Shown here piece by piece: positions 16,631-25,575 of a DNA stretch of 44,812 nt. The notes under the pieces are model-generated. The model was given only the letters and a program-made list of their open reading frames with translations, was not told the DNA's origin and did not search any database. Both the position numbers and the translations under genes were made by a program. The stretch's first letter is position 1. Every line of letters begins with the position of its first letter. The DNA is from a virus (lineage: Duplodnaviria; Caudoviricetes): positions 1-44,812 of the IMG/VR virus record IMGVR_UViG_3300021197_000621, one strand, 5' to 3'.

Positions 16631-17062
16631 TTAAGCACCGGTGACGTTTGTCTGGTTGCCCATGGTAATACCTGCGGTAACCTTGCCTAGCGTCGGTGCG
16701 GTCCCCACTACTACGTACTCTATGCCGAGGTATCGCTCAGTGATCTCGTTCGGCAACACTTCGACGGGAAATTGATATCCCTCCGTTAAGTCCGCGAGTA
16801 AAATCACTTTACTGATGACAGTCGTACCTAATGCAGTTGTGGCACCAGTCGAGATCTTGAACTCTAAACTGGTCAGGTTATTGAATGCTTCAGTGACTTG
16901 GATCAGGATCGGAATCTTGTTCCCCTTACCCACATCACGATTCAAGGGTGCGACCGCTCCGAATGGTGTACCAGGTACACCGAGGTCGATCACATTGGTG
17001 GAGTCCGCACTCGCCGTGATCGCTTGATCATCTGAGAATGTTTGTTGTGCTGAAAAGATCAT
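16631..17062 (-). CDS. Capsid cement protein (BPP-1 Bbp16-like)
   Basis: MI.....FSDDQAITASA.STNVIDLG..., RYL..Y.V.G..PT.GKVTAGI; directly downstream of the major capsid gene. Confidence 0.85.
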   Translation of the reverse strand: MIFSAQQTFSDDQAITASADSTNVIDLGVPGTPFGAVAPLNRDVGKGNKIPILIQVTEAFNNLTSLEFKISTGATTALGTTVISKVILLADLTEGYQFPVEVLPNEITERYLGIEYVVVGTAPTLGKVTAGITMGNQTNVTGA

Positions 17063-17097
17063 GATGGATCTCCTAATCTAATGGATTATCGAGTGGG

Positions 17098-18096
17098 TTA
17101 AACCACTCGCGCTTCAGTGTTAATGACAGAGTCAGACTCACGGATAGGGATGCCACGGTAAGTCAATACTTCCTTACCTTCGATCTCCATCGGCTTCAAT
17201 CGAACGAAGCTGTCGGATGCCCCCGCGTTAGTTGCCAGTGCGTCCAGCGCTTCAAGCACTTCACGGTTGCAGTAGATCGCCATCTTGCCACCAGCAACTC
17301 GACGGTTCTGAAGCTTGTAGTAGGCTTTGCGCATGAAGTCATACAGCTTCACTGTACCTGCTGCTAGATCACTGACATCGATGTTCGCGATGCGTGACAC
17401 ATAACGCCAGTCTTTAACTGCCATGCCTACGTGCCAGGTGAATTTTTCTTCCTTAGCGTAGTATGCGTTACCACTGCCGTCTAACACACGTTGCTCGCCC
17501 ATATCTTCACGCTGAACACCCGCTTGAGTGCCTTTAGGGTAGATGAGGTTACATTGGTTATCGCCCCATGTTACGAACCAGATCGACGTGTTATCCGCAC
17601 CAGTACCGCCTGCATCGATGATCTGACCACCGTTTGCTGCTGACAGGTCATTGAAGCGAGGAGCCAGGCCCATGAACTCTTCAGGGTCAGTGGCTGAGTT
17701 ACCGTAGAACACTTTGGTTGCTACTTCCTGTGCCATCGACTCAAGGTATGCCTGTGCTTCAGATAATCGCACAGCGCCCTCATTAGAGGACAGGTCCAAC
17801 AAGCGCTTGTCTACCGTGCTGAGACCTTCGACAAAACCTGTGGTGTCTTCCACCTGCGATGTCTTACCTTTGCTGTTAGGGATACCTTGATACAGCTTAC
17901 CCCACGTCACGTCAGGGAGACCCGCACGCACTGTGTGTAGGTGAGTTGTACCTTTGTTACACTCGACGGCGATGGCATCGTCCAGAATCGGATTCATTTC
18001 CATCAGCATCTCGATGACTGGGACGTAATTGCCCATCCCATCCTGTGACTTGTAGATGTCGATTAAGTCGACAAAACTGTTTCCTATAGTAGCCAT
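17098..18096 (-). CDS. Major capsid protein (BPP-1 Bbp17-like)
   Basis: 332 aa; IE.L..MNPILDD, T.VR.GLP..W, F.GLAPRF, DWRYV.RIANID, GIPIR..D....E motifs. Confidence 0.92.
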   Translation of the reverse strand: MATIGNSFVDLIDIYKSQDGMGNYVPVIEMLMEMNPILDDAIAVECNKGTTHLHTVRAGLPDVTWGKLYQGIPNSKGKTSQVEDTTGFVEGLSTVDKRLLDLSSNEGAVRLSEAQAYLESMAQEVATKVFYGNSATDPEEFMGLAPRFNDLSAANGGQIIDAGGTGADNTSIWFVTWGDNQCNLIYPKGTQAGVQREDMGEQRVLDGSGNAYYAKEEKFTWHVGMAVKDWRYVSRIANIDVSDLAAGTVKLYDFMRKAYYKLQNRRVAGGKMAIYCNREVLEALDALATNAGASDSFVRLKPMEIEGKEVLTYRGIPIRESDSVINTEARVV

Positions 18097-18121
18097 GTTT
18101 CACCTCAAAATTAGTTAGGCG

Positions 18122-18763
18122 TTATGTCGTTGGGTAAAGTAGTGATACGCGATCCTGCGCCTTAGACGACGGTGCTGTTTGCGAACCAGGTACGTCTTCA
18201 GACGTCAATCGCCCAACCTTAACCAGTAACCGGATGACTTCAGGGTGGTTGCCCACACCGTGTTCTTCCAGCAGTTGCTTCAGTTCTGGCGTTCCGAACT
18301 TGTCAATTGCAGCACGAGCGACACCGACACTTTCTTCGAATTTGTCGCCGCCGAACTCTTTGTCATTTTTTGACAGTTCTTGCCAGTCGTTCATCAACTG
18401 ATTGAAAGTGTCAACCTGTCTCGCTGAACCCGCCTGGACTTGCTTCGCTTGGAAGTCCACGAGCTTCTGCGCTTGATCCTGAGAGAGACCCAACTCTTTG
18501 AAGAGTGGCGTCGCCTCAGTCAGCAAGGCAGAGTCAACGGTGACCCCTTCTGGCATAGCAAAGTCGGCATAGGTGTCAGGAGTTGTCTGACTACTTGCAT
18601 CAGTCTGTACACCAGCGTCATCGATGCTTGTCACATCAGTGTCGCTGGTGGTTTCAGCCACGGCACCTGAATCAGTCGCCGCAGTAGAATCTGTGTTATC
18701 AGTTGCTGTCAGCACGGTTTCAGTGCTTTCCGCTTCTGTTTGTACACCGGTTACGTCACCCAT
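18122..18763 (-). CDS. Capsid scaffolding/assembly protein (Bbp18-like)
   Basis: Acidic T-rich N-terminus, Y.DF.MPEG, KELGLSQDQAQKLVD, G.GNHPE.IR motifs; directly upstream of the major capsid gene. Confidence 0.8.
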   Translation of the reverse strand: MGDVTGVQTEAESTETVLTATDNTDSTAATDSGAVAETTSDTDVTSIDDAGVQTDASSQTTPDTYADFAMPEGVTVDSALLTEATPLFKELGLSQDQAQKLVDFQAKQVQAGSARQVDTFNQLMNDWQELSKNDKEFGGDKFEESVGVARAAIDKFGTPELKQLLEEHGVGNHPEVIRLLVKVGRLTSEDVPGSQTAPSSKAQDRVSLLYPTT

Positions 18764-19010
18764 CACAGTGTTCCTTTATCATCTTATAATAATCATTGGT
18801 AGCAGTCTCTCGCAGCTCTGCATCGAGCCACAACCCGTGGCTCCTCTTACCAGCGTTGAAAGCGTGCTGGTGAGTGTCTGCGTCGAATGTACCGTTAAAT
18901 GTACCGCAGTTCTCCAAGCATCGCCACATAAAGTCTCTGCCGTTCTCAGTTTTCATTATATTACGAATGGCATGTATTTCCAACTCACGCGCTTCATTGA
19001 CGTCACCCAC
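18756..19010 (-). CDS. Bbp19-like small conserved protein
   Basis: MKTENGR.F.WR.L..CG.F...F.....AFN.GKR..GL.L; lies between portal and scaffold. Confidence 0.8.
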   Translation of the reverse strand: MGDVNEARELEIHAIRNIMKTENGRDFMWRCLENCGTFNGTFDADTHQHAFNAGKRSHGLWLDAELRETATNDYYKMIKEHCDG

Positions 19011-20680
19011 TACCCTATCCCCGCTCTTTGCATGACAGCCCCGAGTGCGTTGTCTTCGCTCATATTAGTGTCTGACGCTGTCTTAGCCATGTCGACCCCT
19101 TGCTGTGCCGTAGCCATCGCCTGTGCCTGCTGAGCTCGTAGCGCGTCCGCCTGCATGAGTGCCTCGACCTCACTATCACTGCGAACCATTGACGGGTCTA
19201 CACCGAGTGATTCCGCGTATTCATCAACTCCACGGTTGATGTTTACTTTGTGACGTGCTTCAGGCCATATCTGAGCAGCTTGACCCACAAACGCGGTCAA
19301 CCTGTCGACTGCACCAGTGGCGACTAACCGCTGTGCTTGTGCTAGCACTGATACATACTCGACGTTCAAGTCTTTGTTCTGTAGCTCAGGTGGTGGTACG
19401 GGCAGCACCCCGTTAGCTTGTAAGATGTTGAATGTTCTATCGATCAATGGGTCCAGTAGCTCGTTATGAAGACGTTCAAGGACAGGTCCTAGCATAAGGA
19501 GCTTCTCCTCATGTTTCTCTGCCACTTCACGCGCTGTGATCTGTCGACGGTCTGTCTGTGCGAGCATCAAGAAAAGGTCTTCATAGAACGCTCTCTGTAC
19601 GCGTCTCTCAGTGTCCATGATCTCGCCTTTAATGGCGTTTATATCCGGTCGATAGTCATAGATGCTGCGCAGGCCTTCGCCGTTTGCGTCGTGCCATATG
19701 ACATCGTTAGCGCCTACTGCGCCCCCATTAAGTTTGTTCTTCAGGGCTGATGGGCCTTGGAGTGGTGGGCTGACGATCTTGTCTAGGGCTTGGTACTTAC
19801 GACGTTCAGCCAATTGCAACGCTTTGGTGTCGCCCAACGCGGTGATGCCTGGGCAATCTGACGCATACACGTCCTCTGCCGTAACATCCCAACGTGGACC
19901 CAGTATCGGATAGTCATCGAAACCCGATTCACGCAGAAACTTCTCAGTCCCCTCCTTCGTGCCGTTCTTCGCTTCATAGTAGACACTTCGCCAGCGCTTG
20001 TCCTTCGCCAGTGGGCTGTTTCCATCACGGTCATCGTTAGGCTCAATTGCATGGACTACTTTGACCCACGCCTCACTGTTGCCCTTCTCCCACTGCTCTT
20101 TCACAGACTGGCTGACGTTCTCCTCACCAAACTGCTTGATGCACTGAGCGACACTGATCTCGTACTCACGGTAAAACGTGTCGCTTACATCTTTACTGTT
20201 CAGTGCCATCATGTAGCTGCCAACAGTGTAGGGTTTGCACCAGATGACGTTATCAAAGTCTTGATACACTCCCATCGCAGCGGTACCGAACACTCCCAGC
20301 TCAGAGTACAGCTGGTGGAGTGAGTTGTACGTATTCGATTGAGAGAACACCTTGTACATGATGTCCTGAACATCATGCAGCCATTGCTTCACTGCTTGAG
20401 CATCATCCAGCCCACTGTCACCGCTCGATAGCCTAAACCAAGGTCTCGCAGGTGATGTGATGCCAGACATCATGCCCGACGCCAGTGTGCGCGACGATAG
20501 GCGTGACGTGTTGTTAATCTGCTTAGTGTTGCGCTTGTAGCCTTTGTTGCGGTCAGACGTGAGGAACCTGCCTCGATGCGCTAGGTGGTAATCCGACAGC
20601 TCACGCCACAGAGGTATGAATGACGAGCGCTCCGACCTGAGTGCTTCAAGCCTTTTATTATAACTCTGTATGGTCGGCAT
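19010..20680 (-). CDS. Portal (head-to-tail connector, Bbp21/T7 gp8-like)
   Basis: 556 aa; LASGMMSGITSPARPWF, TAREV.E..EEK..MLGPVLERL, EYVS.LAQAQ motifs. Confidence 0.95.
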   Translation of the reverse strand: MPTIQSYNKRLEALRSERSSFIPLWRELSDYHLAHRGRFLTSDRNKGYKRNTKQINNTSRLSSRTLASGMMSGITSPARPWFRLSSGDSGLDDAQAVKQWLHDVQDIMYKVFSQSNTYNSLHQLYSELGVFGTAAMGVYQDFDNVIWCKPYTVGSYMMALNSKDVSDTFYREYEISVAQCIKQFGEENVSQSVKEQWEKGNSEAWVKVVHAIEPNDDRDGNSPLAKDKRWRSVYYEAKNGTKEGTEKFLRESGFDDYPILGPRWDVTAEDVYASDCPGITALGDTKALQLAERRKYQALDKIVSPPLQGPSALKNKLNGGAVGANDVIWHDANGEGLRSIYDYRPDINAIKGEIMDTERRVQRAFYEDLFLMLAQTDRRQITAREVAEKHEEKLLMLGPVLERLHNELLDPLIDRTFNILQANGVLPVPPPELQNKDLNVEYVSVLAQAQRLVATGAVDRLTAFVGQAAQIWPEARHKVNINRGVDEYAESLGVDPSMVRSDSEVEALMQADALRAQQAQAMATAQQGVDMAKTASDTNMSEDNALGAVMQRAGIG

Positions 20681-21117
20681 TATGCGTTCACCTCAACTGG
20701 TACTCTGTAAAACATGATTGTCAATTTTATGGTGGCGTCATCGGTGGTCGCGTTGACCCACAACCCTTCTGGCACCAGTAGATTCAATCCCGTCAGTATG
20801 AAGTTGTCCGATCTCACCAGTTGCGGTGTGACGATGTTCGCTACTGACACCGGCCCGTCGGGCGCATCCGCTTCATAGATATTTATCTCAGCTGGTGTTG
20901 TAGAACTGACACTTTTATCCGCACTGACGACGATATCCGTGATCACGACACTCTGTCCCGCAGAAGGCTCTATGAAGTTGTAGATCGTACCTGCTGCCGA
21001 CATAGTGACCTCGACGGGTGTGCTATATGCGAGTGGCGCAACTACCAGCTGCCCGTACTCAGTCACCCTTGCCGCTTGGCCTGTTTTGTGATCCTTAATG
21101 ACTGTAGGAGTTGACAT
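20680..21117 (-). CDS. Hypothetical beta-rich protein, paralogue 3 (putative head decoration/fibre)
   Basis: Coupled to neighbouring genes; shares N-terminal G..A.V...G.L.V and C-terminal ...P.G motifs with the two upstream ORFs. Confidence 0.7.
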   Translation of the reverse strand: MSTPTVIKDHKTGQAARVTEYGQLVVAPLAYSTPVEVTMSAAGTIYNFIEPSAGQSVVITDIVVSADKSVSSTTPAEINIYEADAPDGPVSVANIVTPQLVRSDNFILTGLNLLVPEGLWVNATTDDATIKLTIMFYRVPVEVNA

Positions 21118-21647
21118 CACTCTGCCTCAGAGATAGACACGACCATCTCAATCTGTGCCGCAAGTGCTGACCTGAATGCTATTGCCTGTCCCTGCGGTAT
21201 GATGATGTTGCTGCTAGTTCTTAGGTGATACCCGCGACTGAGCACATCGCACTTCTGGAAAAACAACACGCCCAGCGGTGTGAGTCCTGTGATGTTGCTG
21301 CCACTGAGCACATCGCCGCCGATCTGTCTAGGGGAGCCTATGTTTCTGCTTGTCACTTGTGCGTCACTGCCGCCTGCGGCCAATCCTGATACCTGCTCAT
21401 AGTACATCGTATTCAGGTTGACGCTGCTGCTGATTCGTACATCTGTGAGGTACAGGTCTTTGAGGCCATTGTTTTTTAGATAGAAGAAATAGTCGTTAGT
21501 GCCTGGCGTGGTCTCACTTGCGTAGACTGACCAATACTTTGACTCGGTATTAAGGTGTTTGTCTTCGGTCACAGATACTGCGTTGACAAGTAGTCTGTTC
21601 TCTAGGTCAACCTCTACAACTCGACCGTTCGGTCCTGTTATCTTCAT
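21117..21647 (-). CDS. Hypothetical beta-rich protein, paralogue 2
   Basis: MKITGPNGRVVEVDLENRLLV..FFYLKNN..IIIPQG. Confidence 0.75.
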   Translation of the reverse strand: MKITGPNGRVVEVDLENRLLVNAVSVTEDKHLNTESKYWSVYASETTPGTNDYFFYLKNNGLKDLYLTDVRISSSVNLNTMYYEQVSGLAAGGSDAQVTSRNIGSPRQIGGDVLSGSNITGLTPLGVLFFQKCDVLSRGYHLRTSSNIIIPQGQAIAFRSALAAQIEMVVSISEAE

Positions 21648-21648
21648 A

Positions 21649-22239
21649 TCACGCCCCTGTCATATCACGGTACACGGTGGCATTGAATACAACCTTCACC
21701 GATGTGTTACTTGTTGCTGGTTCAATGGAAAAAGCGAAACTGGTGCCCGGCGCTAATATAATCGGGTTTGCTGACGCTGCGGGGTTGTTTCGGTTAGGTA
21801 GGTACATGTTCTGTGGCACACTAATGCCGCCCGAGACAGTTGATCCCTCGCTACCTGTCTTGAAGATCCCCGCTAGTGACTTAGAGTCACCGAGGTTAAG
21901 GTTCGCAGGTATGGAGTCGGGTCCACTCAGTATCGAGCCGCTGGTAGGGTTTATGGTGAACCGTGTCATGATCTCAATATCCGGGGCACCTACTGATTGA
22001 TTCACCACTGTGTTGAAGTCACGCAGTACCCAGTCAACTGTGTCATTGTTCTTGACGTAGATCAGTTGGGACTCCGTGTCTGACGTGAGTTCGATCACGC
22101 CTGACGTTAGGAAGAACGCCTGCCCTTTGAGGGCGCTATCGACGCTGATGTCTTCTGACACCGACTTCGTCAATAGTCTACCTTCGCCATCGACGTCTGC
22201 CGTGTTGCCTGATCGTCCTGACTTAATCACATGGGACAT
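21649..22239 (-). CDS. Hypothetical beta-rich protein, paralogue 1
   Basis: VIKSGRSGNTADVDGEGRLL..IYVKNN..IILAPG. Confidence 0.75.
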   Translation of the reverse strand: MSHVIKSGRSGNTADVDGEGRLLTKSVSEDISVDSALKGQAFFLTSGVIELTSDTESQLIYVKNNDTVDWVLRDFNTVVNQSVGAPDIEIMTRFTINPTSGSILSGPDSIPANLNLGDSKSLAGIFKTGSEGSTVSGGISVPQNMYLPNRNNPAASANPIILAPGTSFAFSIEPATSNTSVKVVFNATVYRDMTGA

Positions 22240-22663
22240 TTAAATATACCTCATCTATATCAGTTTCGAATGCTTCCTCTATCCTAAGATTGAGCATCTC
22301 CATTTGTCTAAGGGTATCACGCTGGTTCGATGTCACCAAACTGAGCTGTTCGAGCATCAACACCGCGAACTCTTGGAGTGTGTCGACGGGGTTCTCACCC
22401 GACTCTCCCCCAGTGAACTCGGTGACCGTCAACGACGCACTCTCTGTCAACGCAATCGCCCACACATTAGTGTCTATGGTTCTCAGGTACAGAGGTGCAT
22501 CACCGCCACACAACTGGTGGAACGCTGTGTTCCCTTTTGCAGGTTTGACTTCCGACAGTGCTACCCTGACCTGATCCCTATTCGATTGCAGGATCATGGG
22601 GTTCAGCCCTTGGTTGATCTTGACGTATTGGGTCGTGTCGAGGTTAGCGATACCTGTAGGCAT
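22223..22663 (-). CDS. Hypothetical protein (beta-rich N-terminal domain, coiled C-terminus)
   Basis: 146-aa ORF abutting the upstream stop codon and overlapping the downstream start. Confidence 0.7.
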   Translation of the reverse strand: MPTGIANLDTTQYVKINQGLNPMILQSNRDQVRVALSEVKPAKGNTAFHQLCGGDAPLYLRTIDTNVWAIALTESASLTVTEFTGGESGENPVDTLQEFAVLMLEQLSLVTSNQRDTLRQMEMLNLRIEEAFETDIDEVYLNVPCD

Positions 22664-22664
22664 G

Positions 22665-22889
22665 TTAATCCCCTAAGAGAGTCTTAGTTGTAGTTGCAGC
22701 CGTACTGTCTGTTACACCTCGTGGGCCTGTCAGTATGGTGCTCCTGCCACCAGCCTGCCCTGCTGCTGATGCACGGCGACGTCTATCCCTGTCGGCTTCC
22801 GACTCCGATGCTGTCGCTGTTTCAGGTGCCACTGGTGCTTCTGATGCCACTGGTGGCGGTGGCGGTGCCGATGGTGAGCCTCCACACAT
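22665..22889 (-). CDS. Small virion assembly protein (T7 gp7.3/Bbp22-like)
   Basis: MCGG..Pro-rich..RRRR..STILTGP.G..KTLLG pattern; AGGAG RBS before ATG 22889. Confidence 0.8.
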   Translation of the reverse strand: MCGGSPSAPPPPPVASEAPVAPETATASESEADRDRRRRASAAGQAGGRSTILTGPRGVTDSTAATTTKTLLGD

Positions 22890-22918
22890 GGTATTATCTC
22901 CTATTGTCATTTAATCGA

Positions 22919-22927
22919 ATGATAGCA
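22919..22927 (-). promoter_or_regulatory. Possible extended -10 promoter for head genes
   Basis: Minus strand TG-C-TATCAT in the AT-rich gap after terL. Confidence 0.35.
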
Positions 22928-22937
22928 TATTAATGCC

Positions 22938-24455
22938 CTATGTGTACTCATCCGAGTCCATGCTGTCAAGTGGGTTGTAGTCCTTCCGCTCTCTATTGCG
23001 CACATGGGGGCTGTGGTCCAGATGGCCGCGTGGTGTCTCCCTCTTTGGCACAGGCTCCGCGAATGTCAAATACAACGCATCTGCCCAGTCAGGAGATACA
23101 CCTAGTCGTTTCTTCATGTCCTTCTTGCGTTCAAGTACGAGCTGGTCCTTGTCATTGTGTCCGAACTCACGTGATGTCAGTTCTGTCTCAAGCTGCGGAT
23201 CATTGGGGATTGCTCCCCCATCGAGTAGCCATTGTCGACAGTGCGACCCCATCTCCGCTGTGCGACTCTTGAAGTGCTTGACGTCCGCTGCATTGTCACC
23301 GAAACCAACATCTATGACGTGGTATCCGAGCTGCCTGAGCCTATCCGCAACAGGCCCACCCATCGACCCCTTGTCCATGAACGTGACATCAGGTAGGTGC
23401 CTATCCAGTATCATGGTGAGAAGCGACACAACCTTCATCGAATCACGTGACTTCTCACCAGGTATCTTGTACACCTTCTCTGACTTGGCGTCCTTACCTC
23501 GTCTGAATTGGATCATGCAGTTATCATCACCGCCGCGTGCCATGTCGATGCCACATATCAACGGATCATCACCAAGGTATGCTCCTGATCCACGTCGCAT
23601 AGCATCATACACCACGTCACTCGGTATGAACTGCATATCGCCGCCATGAGGGAACATGCCTCGCACACGCACCTTGACGAAGTCACTGTCTTCTCCGAAG
23701 TCCTCGATCCATGTCTGAATCAGTCGCTTGTTTGTCATCTTGGCTGTACGACTGTCTATCTGTCTGGTGATCCATCGATGACTGTTCTTCCTGAAACACT
23801 CATAAAATGACCCACTGTTCCGCGTTGGGTTGCCGAAACATATGTGCATCGGCTCACCATCAGTCAGACCACCCTTAGCTACTTCCCATATCCTCTCAGG
23901 GATGGCTGACGCTTCGTCGAATAAATACCACGGTGTGGAGTCTGCTGCGTGTAGGCCTGCGAATGCTTCAGAGTTCTCTTCTCGACATGTCTGTGCATCT
24001 ACCCGCCACGAGTCGGGGTAGGCTCTGTGTACGATGCTCATCGCGTTCATGTTGAACCAGTGCCCTGTTATGCAGCGACTGCGCCACTTAGACACTTCGG
24101 ACATGGTTTTAGTCTTGAGCTGATCCCCCGTGTTAGCGGTGACCACGCCTTTGGAATTTGGTCGTGTTGACATGATCCACAGGATCAGCCACGCAGATAG
24201 TGCTGATTTACCGATACCGTGGCCTGATGACACAGCAACCTGTACAGGGTCAACGGGATCAACCCCATTGAACGCTCGTGACTTAACTGCGCCGCCGATA
24301 GTATTGAGGATGTCTATCTGCCACGCATCAGGGCCATCGAAGCCTTGCAGCGGTGTACCAGGCTCGCCCCACTCGAACGCCATCATGACGAAGCCGAGAG
24401 GGTCATCGTAGTATTTGCTGACCTCGTCAGCGAGTTGAATATCGATATCAGACAT
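22938..24455 (-). CDS. terL: Terminase large subunit
   Basis: Walker A SGHGIGKS, Walker B LFDEAS, coupling motif GNP, nuclease motifs GIDMARGGDD and SPDWADAL. Confidence 0.95.
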   Translation of the reverse strand: MSDIDIQLADEVSKYYDDPLGFVMMAFEWGEPGTPLQGFDGPDAWQIDILNTIGGAVKSRAFNGVDPVDPVQVAVSSGHGIGKSALSAWLILWIMSTRPNSKGVVTANTGDQLKTKTMSEVSKWRSRCITGHWFNMNAMSIVHRAYPDSWRVDAQTCREENSEAFAGLHAADSTPWYLFDEASAIPERIWEVAKGGLTDGEPMHICFGNPTRNSGSFYECFRKNSHRWITRQIDSRTAKMTNKRLIQTWIEDFGEDSDFVKVRVRGMFPHGGDMQFIPSDVVYDAMRRGSGAYLGDDPLICGIDMARGGDDNCMIQFRRGKDAKSEKVYKIPGEKSRDSMKVVSLLTMILDRHLPDVTFMDKGSMGGPVADRLRQLGYHVIDVGFGDNAADVKHFKSRTAEMGSHCRQWLLDGGAIPNDPQLETELTSREFGHNDKDQLVLERKKDMKKRLGVSPDWADALYLTFAEPVPKRETPRGHLDHSPHVRNRERKDYNPLDSMDSDEYT

Positions 24456-24559
24456 GCGTCACCATACTCGTCACCAAGTAAATGGGCCCACTCCACCACG
24501 CACCGACAGGGTGACGTGCTGTCATTGCTTCCAAGGTGGAGCGGGCAGACTGAAGCCTA

Positions 24560-25000
24560 TCACATGAAACTCGGCTCGTCATCCTCGTCAGGCTTTCTCA
24601 TACGCCGCCTCGCAGCCGCTAGCCTATCAATGACATCAGCGTCAGTGGTGACCTTTATCTTGTCAGCAGCGAAGGCGTCAATGCGCTTGTGCTTGCCCAC
24701 CATGTTAAGGGCTGTGTTGCTGGCTGTGATGTTGCCGTGCTGCCTTGCTATAAGGTGGTTGTCCACCATCTCACCCAGTAACCAGTCAGCATCAATCATG
24801 TTGACCTCAAGCCTCTGCTGGATGATGTACTCTATTGCATTGGTTATCTCTGGCTTCTGTAGCAGAGAGTAGCCTGTGTCCGCTGCGTAACCAGATGCCT
24901 CCGCTGCTCGGCGCGGTGCAAAGTCCTTCACGTACTCCACCACAAAGTTGGCCTCTTTAGGTGGCAGTTTTAACTCGTCTAAAAGCGTCACTCTTCTCAT
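24560..25000 (-). CDS. terS: Terminase small subunit (start codon uncertain)
   Basis: L.PKE..FV.EYVKD....AA..SGY......LL.KP.I..AI HTH-type N-terminus; upstream of terL. Confidence 0.85.
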   Translation of the reverse strand: MRRVTLLDELKLPPKEANFVVEYVKDFAPRRAAEASGYAADTGYSLLQKPEITNAIEYIIQQRLEVNMIDADWLLGEMVDNHLIARQHGNITASNTALNMVGKHKRIDAFAADKIKVTTDADVIDRLAAARRRMRKPDEDDEPSFM

Positions 25001-25063
25001 TTCGATTCTCACACAGTGTTAGTCCAATACTCAGATGATACACCATACGCTGACAGTGTGGTA

Positions 25064-25528
25064 ATGCAGTATTCGCGACAAATATCATGCAGTATCCGCG
25101 ACATGACGCATGACGCATGACAGAACTCCACCAACGCAAACCTATTGATTTCACGTATCTTCGAAATTATAACTTTGAGCTCCTCCAAAAAGAAGAGTTG
25201 TGTCATCGATCCCTGATTTCCTTATATAAATCATAGGTTTAAGTGATGACACAAACTTTTTCGTTGTGTCATCGATTTGCACTTTCTTCTTATAAATCAA
25301 GAGGTTAAGTCATGACACAAAAGGCCCGTTGTGTCATCGTTGTGTCATCGATTTCCGCAGTATCAGCAACACATGCAGTATCAGCAACACAGTCACACTG
25401 CATCCGCAGTCTCACTGCGCAGTATCCGTGTCATTTGCAGTATTCGACACACAGTATCTGTGACACACAGTATCAACATCAACATTATTCACGACATGAC
25501 ACAACGATGACACAACGATGACACAAAC
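25064..25528. repeat. Non-coding repeat locus: TTGTGTCAT/ATGACACAA boxes, IHF-consensus sites and CAGTAT repeats (candidate pac/cos site, origin or late enhancer)
   Basis: TTGTGTCAT at 25198, 25264, 25329, 25340; ATGACACAA at 25246, 25312, 25496, 25507, 25518; AATCAAGAGGTTA matches WATCAANNNNTTR. Confidence 0.85.
25166..25171 (-). promoter_or_regulatory. Perfect -10 box (TATAAT) of the putative late promoter, without a good -35
   Basis: Plus-strand ATTATA at 25166-25171; the -35 position reads TTCTTT; points toward terS. Confidence 0.45.
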
Positions 25529-25552
25529 AAAAAAGGCCGCTCGAAAGCGACC
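25525..25552 (-). terminator. Rho-independent terminator ending the leftward early cluster
   Basis: GGTCGCT-TTCG-AGCGGCC followed by TTTTTTGTTT, just after the MazG-like gene. Confidence 0.85.
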
Positions 25553-25575
25553 CTTTGCAACTCAGTATCAATGTT

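Noticed and set aside
22941-22969. TTGACA-17-TACACA promoter inside the end of terL
   Set aside because: The -10 lacks the conserved final T and lies in coding sequence; the downstream extended -10 is a better, though still weak, candidate
25197-25350. ~66-bp periodic repeats resembling a mini CRISPR array
   Set aside because: The repeats are 9-14 bp boxes in both orientations, the spacers resemble each other (IHF-like sites), and no cas operon is present
25009-25521. ORFs 25009-25206 (-) and 25312-25521 (+)
   Set aside because: They overlap the repeat/IHF locus, lack RBS and have repeat-derived sequence; the region is better explained as non-coding
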